A DNA stretch of 64,000 bases. Origin: a virus. The stretch lies in the IMG/VR virus record IMGVR_UViG_3300027754_003435; one strand, 5' to 3'. The notes under the pieces are model-generated. The model worked only from the letters and a program-made list of their open reading frames with translations, made no database searches and was not told the origin of the DNA. The translations under genes were made by a program, and so were the position numbers. Below, in pieces: positions 47,965 through 57,787 of the stretch; positions within the stretch are counted from its first letter, which is position 1; each line of letters opens with the position of its first letter.

Positions 47965-48444
47965 TTACATCATTCTAAAATAGTGACCGTTTGATTCGGA
48001 ATAATCATACATAAGTTCTTTAGCAGTGCTTTCCCAATCAATATGAATATAACCTGGTAAGTCGTTCGGTATCTCTCCAAGTTGTTCACATAAGTCTCGT
48101 GCAAACTCTGCATCACTAGCAAATTGACCAGAGTATGCTTCATCTACATTGCAATATTGAACATCACAATTACGTGCCGCTTCCCAAATATCCATGTCAT
48201 CATAGTGACTATTAGGATAATTCTCAATGAAATCTTCCAAGTCATCAGGACTTAAAAAGTATGGTAAATCAGAGTAATCAATTTGAATATCATTCTTATC
48301 AATCAATTCATAATCCTCAATACTATTGTTTTCTGCAATTTCTAAGAATGCATCTTTAATATCATCTGAGGTGAAACAGCTATCGTCAATAGTAATCGAT
48401 GCTGTAAATAATGATGGTTTGTGACTTACTGATACTTCAAACAT
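47965..48444 (-). CDS. ardA: ArdA-like antirestriction DNA mimic
   Basis: Highly acidic; AYSGQFASDAEFA...YIHIDWESTAKELM...NGHYFR C-terminal ArdA pattern; early promoter-leader upstream. Confidence 0.8.
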   Translation of the reverse strand: MFEVSVSHKPSLFTASITIDDSCFTSDDIKDAFLEIAENNSIEDYELIDKNDIQIDYSDLPYFLSPDDLEDFIENYPNSHYDDMDIWEAARNCDVQYCNVDEAYSGQFASDAEFARDLCEQLGEIPNDLPGYIHIDWESTAKELMYDYSESNGHYFRMM

Positions 48445-48463
48445 AACTTTAATCCTTATTTTA

Positions 48464-48518
48464 TTGGTTGTTCTTAATCTTACATTACAAATATAAGGAA
48501 TTTCGCATTAAGATCAAA
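48464..48518 (-). promoter_or_regulatory. Promoter TTTG-N19-TATATTTG plus conserved leader
   Basis: Reverse complement reads tatatttg-taatgtaagattaagaacaaccaa. Confidence 0.8.
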
Positions 48519-48525
48519 GCACTAT

Positions 48526-48545
48526 TCCAACGGTAACTAAAATAA
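48526..48545. repeat. 20 bp direct repeat, copy 1
   Basis: tccaacggtaactaaaataa; 19/20 identical to 49229..49248. Confidence 0.75.
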
Positions 48546-48572
48546 AAATTGTAATTGTATATTGACGAAGTT

Positions 48573-49220
48573 TTATATTTTCCCCACGCTTTTTAAAAAT
48601 GTTGATAATTTTACATCAGTTTCAATTAAATTCATATTTTTATCATAAACATCCCAAATCCATTCCTTCGTGTTTTTGCTATCAATTTTCACATTTACAA
48701 TACAAACCACATCAATACCATGTGTCACATCAAAAACTATTTGAAATTGTTTATCACCAGTATTGTAAACTTTACAAAAATCATTAGATTTAAAAACAAT
48801 ACCCCATCCACCATATAAAAAATCTTTTTGGTATCTACTATCAATCTTTTTGTTAGTTAAATCAAATGCAAAACCGAAATTACCATCAATAATTTGTTCC
48901 TTACTTTTTCTTGTTTTAGTAAATGAAGAATAATATGCACCAACCCCACGAAAACCATTTTGTAAAATAGATGTTATATTTTCTTTGGTTGTTGAATGAA
49001 ATAACAATGTGTTTGTTGATAATTTTATTGCTGAATTTGGTTTGTATGAAAATCCTCTCTGTGGAGTTTTTTCCAAATTATTAACAACATTAACAAACTC
49101 ATCAATTGTGTTTATTTTCGTAACATCTTTTTTTGAAACACTTTCTTTTAAAATTTGTTGTTCATTCAAAACCTCTCGTATTGATAACATGTCTTTGAGT
49201 TTAATTCTTTTGTTTTTCAT
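48573..49220 (-). CDS. ADP-ribosyltransferase-like protein, homolog of 39704..40648, with IKLKD...ILKE leader
   Basis: LLFHSTT...GF...GFAF...LYG...DKQFQIVF. Confidence 0.5.
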   Translation of the reverse strand: MKNKRIKLKDMLSIREVLNEQQILKESVSKKDVTKINTIDEFVNVVNNLEKTPQRGFSYKPNSAIKLSTNTLLFHSTTKENITSILQNGFRGVGAYYSSFTKTRKSKEQIIDGNFGFAFDLTNKKIDSRYQKDFLYGGWGIVFKSNDFCKVYNTGDKQFQIVFDVTHGIDVVCIVNVKIDSKNTKEWIWDVYDKNMNLIETDVKLSTFLKSVGKI

Positions 49221-49228
49221 AACAAAAC

Positions 49229-49248
49229 TCCAACGGTAAATAAAATAA
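49229..49248. repeat. 20 bp direct repeat, copy 2
   Basis: tccaacggtaaataaaataa. Confidence 0.75.
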
Positions 49249-49294
49249 TAATACTGTATATGCTAATATAAGGAATAAGGATATAAACAAAACA

Positions 49295-49615
49295 TTATTG
49301 GAAATCTTTATATGAAGCAACTATCACATCTGGATGTTCATCCATGAAGTTAAGTATATGTAACATATCATCGTAACACATTTCAATTTTTTCCGATTCA
49401 TTATCATCTATAACTTCTTGCAATGTAATAACATTACGTTCTGAGTCATACCACCAATCCCATTTCGATTGTTGTAATCGCATTACGTTTAATGAAGTGT
49501 TTTTACCTAATACCGAAAACATCTGTTCAATGTCTTCACGAACGAACTCATGTCCTTTGTAAATAAGTAGACCAGTGTAATCACTAATATTTACATAATC
49601 ATCATATACTTTCAT
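49295..49615 (-). CDS. Early acidic hypothetical protein
   Basis: 106 aa behind a promoter-leader variant. Confidence 0.75.
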   Translation of the reverse strand: MKVYDDYVNISDYTGLLIYKGHEFVREDIEQMFSVLGKNTSLNVMRLQQSKWDWWYDSERNVITLQEVIDDNESEKIEMCYDDMLHILNFMDEHPDVIVASYKDFQ

Positions 49616-49630
49616 AACTTATTTCCTTAA

Positions 49631-49685
49631 TTGGCTGTTATTAATCTAACAGAACAAATATAAGGATTTTTTCAATACAATCAAA
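49631..49685 (-). promoter_or_regulatory. Promoter TTTG-N19-TATATTTG plus diverged leader
   Basis: Reverse complement tatatttg-ttctgttagattaataacagccaa. Confidence 0.7.
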
Positions 49686-49722
49686 GTGCTATTATTTACC
49701 CATCCAATAGAATTCCACTAAC

Positions 49723-50502
49723 TTAATCATAGTCTATTTCCATCGGTATTCCCAAATCCAAATGAAATTGTTTATCAGACATTTTATATGATTCTTGAGT
49801 TTCATCATTCATATCTGTTGTATATTGCCAATTCCAAAACAGATTATCAGGTGTATCAAATCCAAAGAAGTTCAATACATTTTTCTGTACACCGACTACG
49901 TTTGCCCCATTCCAATTTTGCCCTATGCAAATAAACCCTGCTTGTTTTCCCATAAGTAAATTATCTTCACCCAATGTACTATGGCGATTCTCTAACCAAG
50001 TTAGGCGTTCAATGAGCTTTTGATATTGTGCATTTGTTTGCCCCCAACGAATAGAGCCAAAGAATAATATAATATCTGCATTGAATATTTCATCAGATAC
50101 TTTCCAAAGTTGGTCTGATTTATCGTTAACACTTGCCCAACATCTGTGGTTTCCACTTGGATTTTTCTTTTTATCTTTAAGGGCTGAATCCATTACACCA
50201 CATGAGTTACCAGTTTTATGTGATACATTCCCTTCACATGATACAATATTCAGCTGAGGAATATCAATCCAACTTGATTTGTTCGGTATATTATCTTTAA
50301 TAAATAAAGCAAGTTCAGTTGACTTAGGAAGTTCATCTTCTACACCACCTTTATCATACCCGGTGTTAAATGGATAACGTGTTGATGTAGTTAGAAATAA
50401 AACTTTCTTTTGTTGGTAAGAAGCCAAATATGAAACAGTATCAGATACTACTCCACTTAAATCTCTTCTTTTTATTAACGATGCTAATGATGGTATTGAC
50501 AT
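49723..50502 (-). CDS. Flavodoxin-like NAD(P)H-dependent FMN reductase/iron-sulfur flavoprotein family protein
   Basis: ADIILFFGSIRWG...QKLIERL...GKQAGFICIG; Cys residues in SCEG...SCG...RCW. Confidence 0.75.
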   Translation of the reverse strand: MSIPSLASLIKRRDLSGVVSDTVSYLASYQQKKVLFLTTSTRYPFNTGYDKGGVEDELPKSTELALFIKDNIPNKSSWIDIPQLNIVSCEGNVSHKTGNSCGVMDSALKDKKKNPSGNHRCWASVNDKSDQLWKVSDEIFNADIILFFGSIRWGQTNAQYQKLIERLTWLENRHSTLGEDNLLMGKQAGFICIGQNWNGANVVGVQKNVLNFFGFDTPDNLFWNWQYTTDMNDETQESYKMSDKQFHLDLGIPMEIDYD

Positions 50503-50506
50503 GGCG

Positions 50507-50737
50507 TTACTTATATATTGTTATTAGTGAAGTTAAAAGGTTTCCCCTGCCAACTATCGTGCCTATATGATCAAATGTTTTATCTGTTTTCGGATTGTAT
50601 ATACCCAATTTTCTACCTTGTCTATCTCTTAGTATATGCATACCAGTTGACAAAATTTCTAACGTACCAAGTGGAACACCACGTCTGTCACGTATGTAAT
50701 CTCGTCTTTCAAACAATATGTCCATTAGTTTAATCAT
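50507..50737 (-). CDS. Small protein with MIKLMDILFE leader
   Basis: 76 aa; CATATTTAT variant at 50742-50750 immediately upstream. Confidence 0.75.
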   Translation of the reverse strand: MIKLMDILFERRDYIRDRRGVPLGTLEILSTGMHILRDRQGRKLGIYNPKTDKTFDHIGTIVGRGNLLTSLITIYK

Positions 50738-50760
50738 ACATATAAATATGATAAAATAAA

Positions 50761-50784
50761 AAACCCCTTGAATTCAAGGGGTTT
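50761..50784. terminator. Perfect 24 bp palindrome, terminator after groEL
   Basis: AAACCCCTTGAATTCAAGGGGTTT with an A-run on the + side. Confidence 0.8.
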
Positions 50785-50793
50785 ATAATATAA

Positions 50794-52766
<1,973 letters not shown>

Positions 52767-52811
52767 ATAACATCTCCTTAAATAATACTTACAAATATAC
52801 TAATTTTATAC

Positions 52812-53510
52812 TTAAACATCCGATTTATTTTCTTTGTTCCAATCAAAAAATTTCTCTTGTTCTTGTTTCTTTTTTTCAGCTTGTTGCTTGATTCTTTCTT
52901 CTAGCCTACGTCTATATCTACCATCGTGTTTTCTGCTTTCACCATACCATGGTATTTTAGTAGCAGTTCCATAAGTCCAACCCTGATAAGAAGTTGACGG
53001 TGTTCTAACTAAGTTAAAATAACAATTAAAGCAAAGTAACCTTAGATTTTCTAACGTGGTATTTATCCAGTTATTATCTATGAAGTCTATCAATAGTGGA
53101 TAATTACCATCAGTCATCCTTGGCTCGTCCCATCCACAAGCAGCGCAAACACACGGGACCCAACCTGATAGTAATAATCTTTTTCGTAGTTTCTTTGAAT
53201 CATAACCTGGATGTTTTCCATCCAATATATCCTCTAATCTTTCTGTGTAACCTTTGTTACAATCAAAATTTTTACCGTTCCACTTTTCATCCTTTTGTAT
53301 TTTCTTAATTCCTACACCAACTTTGGAGTGAATTTCAAATAAGGTTTTATCTGTTTCTGAATCAATAAATGTTTTAGCATACTTTTTGTATGTACGATAA
53401 TCTATATTGAGAAATCTTGCAGCGTCTTTATTACCGAATGAGTTTTCCATTGCATAACGCAATTGAGATTCGGTTAGACTAATAGGCGGTCTTCCATGCC
53501 TTTCATTCAT
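52812..53510 (-). CDS. HTH plus degenerate HNH/Zn-finger protein
   Basis: N-terminal AARFLNIDYRTYKKYA; CAACG...IDFIDNN...LENLRLLCFNCY. Confidence 0.7.
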   Translation of the reverse strand: MNERHGRPPISLTESQLRYAMENSFGNKDAARFLNIDYRTYKKYAKTFIDSETDKTLFEIHSKVGVGIKKIQKDEKWNGKNFDCNKGYTERLEDILDGKHPGYDSKKLRKRLLLSGWVPCVCAACGWDEPRMTDGNYPLLIDFIDNNWINTTLENLRLLCFNCYFNLVRTPSTSYQGWTYGTATKIPWYGESRKHDGRYRRRLEERIKQQAEKKKQEQEKFFDWNKENKSDV

Positions 53511-53545
53511 AACACTATATCCTAAGAATATATAACATAACGTAT

Positions 53546-53554
53546 ATAAATATA
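53546..53554 (-). promoter_or_regulatory. Putative late promoter TATATTTAT
   Basis: ATAAATATA on +, about 36 nt upstream of 53510. Confidence 0.5.
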
Positions 53555-53693
53555 AGGGTAGTATAAAATGTTTATTTTTCTTTCAAACTCTTGAGTAAAG
53601 CAATCATTTTAGGAAAGTAAAAACAATAATTTTTATGAAGCAACAATAAAACGCTTTCATGCTGTATATGAATATTTTTTATAGACTAATAAA

Positions 53694-54227
53694 TTAGTGT
53701 TCTTTAACTGGTTGTCCTGCAACAACTTGTTTAATAACTTCGTATAATTTATCTTCATCGCCAGGTGCATAAGAATTATGCTGCCATACTACTTTTCCAT
53801 TTCCATCTATCAAGAATGCGTGTGGAACATTATTTACATTCATTGCTCTTTTTAAGTCACCATTTTCATCAAGATATACTTCATATTCCCAACGTTTTCC
53901 ATTGATAAATGGTGCAACTTTAGCAGAATTACGAACATCATCAACTGAAATTGCAACAACTTTAACTCCAGTAGCATCTCTCCACTCATCATATACATTA
54001 CTTATATTTGTTAATTCTTGAATACAAGGTTTGCACCATGAAGCCCAGAAGTTTAACAAAATGGGTTTTCCATTATTAGTGATTGAACTAGCATTAATTT
54101 TTTCTCCCTTAATATTTTTTATCGAGGCAGACGGAATTACTGCTTTTGTAGAATCAGATACTTGAGCGTGAATTGATGACAAAGAAATAATCATCAATAA
54201 TGAAATGAAGAATAAGAAGACTTTCAT
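53694..54227 (-). CDS. TlpA-family thiol-disulfide oxidoreductase, secreted
   Basis: Signal peptide; LLNFWASWCKPC; NVPHAFLIDGNG. Confidence 0.92.
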   Translation of the reverse strand: MKVFLFFISLLMIISLSSIHAQVSDSTKAVIPSASIKNIKGEKINASSITNNGKPILLNFWASWCKPCIQELTNISNVYDEWRDATGVKVVAISVDDVRNSAKVAPFINGKRWEYEVYLDENGDLKRAMNVNNVPHAFLIDGNGKVVWQHNSYAPGDEDKLYEVIKQVVAGQPVKEH

Positions 54228-54281
54228 GGTGATTTCCAATATTTACAAATATTTACAAGGCAATCTAGTGTTTAATTTATT

Positions 54282-54611
54282 TTATTCCTTTATTAAACTT
54301 TCTGTATCTAATATGGAATTAATTTCCGTTTGTATATCTTCGTTTATTCTTGAGTGAGTAACTGAAAGTGTACCAATCGGTGTATGTTTAAAACCATCAA
54401 TCACATCAATCGCATTCATAATAAAGTCTGTTATTATCATTCGCTTTTCAATTTCAAAATCTACCTTATCATCCAAATCTTCATGTAAATCTGAAGTTAT
54501 TTTGTCTTCTAAGTAATAAAGTTTTTTTATATAATTAGAAACATGCCCAAGACGAATGATTTCTTCATTTAATTCATCAGCCCAATACATAAAACTTTCT
54601 TTTGTAATCAT
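54282..54611 (-). CDS. Hypothetical protein
   Basis: 109 aa; TATATTTAT at 54631-54639 upstream. Confidence 0.75.
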   Translation of the reverse strand: MITKESFMYWADELNEEIIRLGHVSNYIKKLYYLEDKITSDLHEDLDDKVDFEIEKRMIITDFIMNAIDVIDGFKHTPIGTLSVTHSRINEDIQTEINSILDTESLIKE

Positions 54612-54679
54612 AACTAAATCCTAAATAAGCATAAATATAATAGCGTTAATAATACCTACGCCAATAATAAAGTCTTCTA

Positions 54680-55036
54680 TCATATAGAAATCTCCGATAT
54701 ACCTTCGTTTCTATCTGGATTAAAACATAATGCGGTTGGAGTTCCATCTACTTTCTTATCATTAATTAAAACTCTTGCACCACCACCAACGCCCATTATT
54801 AGTTGGTCATAAATAATACCAACCTCATCCAACTGTCTTTCGGTTTGCCTACGTAAACTTTCTCGTCTACCCGTGAGTAAAATAATATTGTACCCCCGTT
54901 TGTCCCACTCAAGAAGTTTTTCTATAGTGCCAGGTAACAATTTCATGGTGTGTCTAAATGTTTGAGCATCAGTTGGAATGGCATGCTCAACTAATGTTCC
55001 GTCAATATCAAGTATTATTGTTTTAGGTCTGTTCAT
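54680..55036 (-). CDS. Small HAD-superfamily phosphatase-like protein
   Basis: IILDIDGTLV, LLTGR and LINDK motifs. Confidence 0.8.
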   Translation of the reverse strand: MNRPKTIILDIDGTLVEHAIPTDAQTFRHTMKLLPGTIEKLLEWDKRGYNIILLTGRRESLRRQTERQLDEVGIIYDQLIMGVGGGARVLINDKKVDGTPTALCFNPDRNEGISEISI

Positions 55037-55227
55037 AAATCTGTGTCCGGGTAAAAATTATAATCATCCACTTCATGTTCTTGCATGATTTCTGCTTCTT
55101 GTTTTATATATTCATCAGCTATCCTATCAAGAATCATACTTAGTAATTCTTTACATTCTTCGCTCGTTGCTTTTGAATCATGCAATCCTAACAAATACCA
55201 TTGTAAATTTTTCATTGCACTACGCAT
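55033..55227 (-). CDS. Small hypothetical protein
   Basis: 64 aa, packed in an early operon. Confidence 0.65.
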   Translation of the reverse strand: MRSAMKNLQWYLLGLHDSKATSEECKELLSMILDRIADEYIKQEAEIMQEHEVDDYNFYPDTDL

Positions 55228-55228
55228 A

Positions 55229-55459
55229 TTAAACTCCTACCAAACTACGTTGAATTCTAATTTTTGTTTTTCTAATGCTTTTCACTTCTTCTATAATCTG
55301 AGAATATATTTGAAAATTATTAATCGATTCTTCAAGAATTCGTTTATAATCATTTAACTGTTCTTCTGATACTCCACCAAGTCTAACAAGTCTACTATAT
55401 GAAATAAAATCTTCTTTTGCTTGATTAAGTTTTTCATCGATATATAAATTGTTTTTCAT
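55229..55459 (-). CDS. Early hypothetical protein
   Basis: Start moved to ATG 55459; the track extension reads the leader element. Confidence 0.7.
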   Translation of the reverse strand: MKNNLYIDEKLNQAKEDFISYSRLVRLGGVSEEQLNDYKRILEESINNFQIYSQIIEEVKSIRKTKIRIQRSLVGV

Positions 55460-55473
55460 AACTAAGTTCCTAA

Positions 55474-55506
55474 ATTGGTTGTTTATTAATCTCACATACA
55501 AATATA
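55474..55506 (-). promoter_or_regulatory. TATATTTG promoter plus conserved leader variant
   Basis: Reverse complement tatatttg-tatgtgagattaataaacaaccaa. Confidence 0.7.
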
Positions 55507-55532
55507 CGAACTTTATTTATAACAACCAACTG

Positions 55533-55652
55533 TTAATTTTGTTTGTTTTTCATAGTTGTGTATAAATCATATAACGCCTTTACGAGCGTCCATATATTCG
55601 ATGCCATTGCTGCAACAAATAGAAAAGCAATCAAGTATAAACCTATCTCCAT
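55533..55652 (-). CDS. 39 aa membrane peptide (below track cutoff)
   Basis: MEIGLYLIAFLFVAAMASNIWTLVKALYDLYTTMKNKQN; overlaps the end of 55643..55981. Confidence 0.6.
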   Translation of the reverse strand: MEIGLYLIAFLFVAAMASNIWTLVKALYDLYTTMKNKQN

Positions 55653-55981
55653 ACTTCTACCGTATGATTCATGTAATTTGTATTTTTCGATTCGTACTTC
55701 TCAGTATGCTCTATGTTCATATCAAATCTTTTTCTTCGTTCCGTTTTAACCAATGGTCTTAGTTCAATGAAAACATCATTGTCCTTGTAGTTCCATGTCT
55801 GCCACATTAAGTGTCCACTCAAACCATTAACTACTTGAATTAGCGGTATTCCATCTTGTTTCATTTCCTTTACTTTTCTAAACACTTCTTGCATAGCACG
55901 TGATTTGTTTTTAAATAACGTCTGATTTTTTAGAACTTCACCATCAGCAAGCCACTTGCCCGTTTTTAATTGCCATATCAT
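55643..55981 (-). CDS. Hypothetical protein
   Basis: 112 aa; GGA upstream. Confidence 0.7.
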   Translation of the reverse strand: MIWQLKTGKWLADGEVLKNQTLFKNKSRAMQEVFRKVKEMKQDGIPLIQVVNGLSGHLMWQTWNYKDNDVFIELRPLVKTERRKRFDMNIEHTEKYESKNTNYMNHTVEVWR

Positions 55982-56020
55982 ATTATATTCCTTTATATTT
56001 CATCTACTAATATACTAAAT

Positions 56021-56055
56021 AATAGAGTAATAACCAAATAAATTATTACTCTATT
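56021..56055. terminator. 13 bp inverted repeat after 56062..56448
   Basis: AATAGAGTAATAA ... TTATTACTCTATT. Confidence 0.6.
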
Positions 56056-56061
56056 CTCATA

Positions 56062-56448
56062 TTATCCGTTTACAGATTTTAAAGATTTCACGTAGTCTGG
56101 GCCGTATACATTGAAAGAAGCAGGCGCACCTTTCTTCTCACCAATCGTTACACATATTGAACCACGGGAGATAGCAGTGGGTCTACTGAATGAAGCGGGT
56201 TTAAGTAAGTCACCTGCACAATGTTTATGGCCATTGATAGAACCATCCTCAAGAGCTATGAATCCCCAAGCAGAGGCAACATTACCACTCTTATTAACAC
56301 ACACAAGTTTAGCATATTTTTTACCAAATTTAACTTCTATGTGTTCACGTAAATGTTCGGGAAATGGTTGTAAGCCAAACGCAGTATCATAGTGTTCCTT
56401 ACGTAGTTGCTCTAATATTTCAACGAATTTTTTAATTTCTCTTAACAT
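56062..56448 (-). CDS. Early phage protein
   Basis: 128 aa; KFGKKYAKL...AWGFI...GDLLKPASF..P; promoter-leader upstream. Confidence 0.8.
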   Translation of the reverse strand: MLREIKKFVEILEQLRKEHYDTAFGLQPFPEHLREHIEVKFGKKYAKLVCVNKSGNVASAWGFIALEDGSINGHKHCAGDLLKPASFSRPTAISRGSICVTIGEKKGAPASFNVYGPDYVKSLKSVNG

Positions 56449-56462
56449 AACTTTTGTTCCTT

Positions 56463-56517
56463 TTGGTTGTTCTTAATCTTACATTACAAATATACGGAAT
56501 TATCTTCTAATATCAAA
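56463..56517 (-). promoter_or_regulatory. Promoter TTTG-N19-TATATTTG plus conserved leader
   Basis: Reverse complement tatatttg-taatgtaagattaagaacaaccaa. Confidence 0.8.
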
Positions 56518-56520
56518 TCA

Positions 56521-56733
56521 TTATTTTTCAAGAATAACATAATCTCCAAAATATCTATCAAAGACTTGAAGAAGATTTTCATAATTACCAGCCTTCATTT
56601 CATTTGTGATTTCATTCGGATTAAGGCCTAATTGTTTTGCGATATTGTTTGCTGTTCCAAGTAGAAAATAAGCATTTCCTTGAGGACCTGTTAAATCAAT
56701 AACTAATGGACCATTCGTTTTCTTTCTTATCAT
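56521..56733 (-). CDS. Small early phage protein
   Basis: IDLTGPQGNAYFLLG...GNYENLLQVFDRYFG; start moved to ATG 56733. Confidence 0.8.
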   Translation of the reverse strand: MIRKKTNGPLVIDLTGPQGNAYFLLGTANNIAKQLGLNPNEITNEMKAGNYENLLQVFDRYFGDYVILEK

Positions 56734-56746
56734 AACATTTTCCTTT

Positions 56747-56800
56747 TTGGTTGTTTTTAATCTTACATACAAATATACGAAATTTTTTGGATATAACAAA
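56747..56800 (-). promoter_or_regulatory. Promoter TTTG-N19-TATATTTG plus conserved leader
   Basis: Reverse complement tatatttg-tatgtaagattaaaaacaaccaa. Confidence 0.8.
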
Positions 56801-56801
56801 A

Positions 56802-56972
56802 TTATCTGGTACACAAACCTGCATCAATCAGGTCAGTTGCAGTTCTACCATAGAAGCCCTGTAATCCCCAAATATGTCCACTATCTATTAGTGTTTGAAA
56901 TGATTGAATATAAAGTTCTTCTGTACATTCATTATTACATTCAATGTTCATAATTGCATCAATTATTTCCAT
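56802..56972 (-). CDS. 56 aa early phage protein (below track cutoff)
   Basis: MEIIDAIMNIECNNECTEELYIQSFQTLIDSGHIWGLQGFYGRTATDLIDAGLCTR; behind a promoter-leader element. Confidence 0.8.
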   Translation of the reverse strand: MEIIDAIMNIECNNECTEELYIQSFQTLIDSGHIWGLQGFYGRTATDLIDAGLCTR

Positions 56973-56986
56973 GATATTTTTTCCTT

Positions 56987-57033
56987 ATTGGTTGTTCTTA
57001 ATTGGTTGTTCTTAATCTTACATTACAAATATA
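56987..57033 (-). promoter_or_regulatory. TATATTTG promoter plus leader carrying a 14 bp tandem duplication
   Basis: attggttgttctta occurs twice (56987-57000, 57001-57014). Confidence 0.75.
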
Positions 57034-57059
57034 CGGAATTATTCGTTAATATCCTAAAA

Positions 57060-57155
57060 TTATCCGATAACATCAAACATCATAAAAAAGTAAAGTACAC
57101 AATAAAATAATATTGCCATACCAATACCCATTGCTAAATCCTTAATCTTGCTCAT
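57060..57155 (-). CDS. 31 aa membrane peptide (below track cutoff)
   Basis: MSKIKDLAMGIGMAILFYCVLYFFMMFDVIG; AAGGA upstream. Confidence 0.5.
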   Translation of the reverse strand: MSKIKDLAMGIGMAILFYCVLYFFMMFDVIG

Positions 57156-57176
57156 ACCCAAATCCTTATATATAAA

Positions 57177-57395
57177 TTACTTAGAAATATATTCTGAATT
57201 ATAAACACGAGGAGCAGATTGAACTACTTCCTCTACCAACGACTTACGTGAAGCTGCTTGAAGAACTCTCAACTTTTTATTTAAGTCATTAGTGTTAATC
57301 AAGTTACCTAACACATGGTTCTGATAACAGATAACCAAAGTTATTACAACTCCAAGAGTTAAACCAAGTGTAAAGATATTAAATGCGTTTTTCAT
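57177..57395 (-). CDS. Small membrane-anchored early protein
   Basis: TM IFTLGLTLGVVITLVICY; TATATTTG at 57426-57433. Confidence 0.7.
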   Translation of the reverse strand: MKNAFNIFTLGLTLGVVITLVICYQNHVLGNLINTNDLNKKLRVLQAASRKSLVEEVVQSAPRVYNSEYISK

Positions 57396-57425
57396 CGTTT
57401 CCTAATAGTGTTAAACATCAACACA

Positions 57426-57523
57426 CAAATATACGATTTTTTCCGTTCACAACCAACTAAAAAAATAACTTTGGTATTTCAAATAAATTGATTATATTTG
57501 TAATGTAAGATTAAGAACAACCA
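57426..57523. promoter_or_regulatory. Back-to-back divergent promoters; the + one is TTTG-N19-TATATTTG plus full leader
   Basis: caaatata at 57426-57433; tttg at 57470-57473, tatatttg at 57493-57500, then taatgtaagattaagaacaaccaa. Confidence 0.8.
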
Positions 57524-57538
57524 AAAGGAAAATAAATT

Positions 57539-57730
57539 ATGAAAAGAGTTGGAGAAAAGGAATTTGACGTAGTTGTTAGCGGTATTGAAGAAGGTGAATT
57601 TGGTCCAGAAAAAGCAACAGAAATTGTTACGGTAGTTGCTAACTCTCCCAAGAATGCGATAAAAAGAGCAGTTGGTGTTTCAAACTTAATAAACCCAGAG
57701 TTTGTTTCTTTTATTTCAAATTTCCAATAA
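57539..57730 (+). CDS. Small early protein
   Basis: 63 aa between a promoter-leader element and a terminator. Confidence 0.8.
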   Translation: MKRVGEKEFDVVVSGIEEGEFGPEKATEIVTVVANSPKNAIKRAVGVSNLINPEFVSFISNFQ

Positions 57731-57739
57731 TAGATAAAA

Positions 57740-57772
57740 AAAGAAAGCCTCACTAATTGTGAGGCTTTCTTT
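57740..57772. terminator. Bidirectional terminator
   Basis: AAAGAAAGCCTCAC-TAATT-GTGAGGCTTTCTTT between convergent genes. Confidence 0.85.
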
Positions 57773-57787
57773 ATATGTTTTAATTTC

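Noticed and set aside
52812-53510. Active homing endonuclease or mobile element
   Set aside because: Catalytic histidines appear substituted, and there is no interrupted host gene or intron structure nearby.
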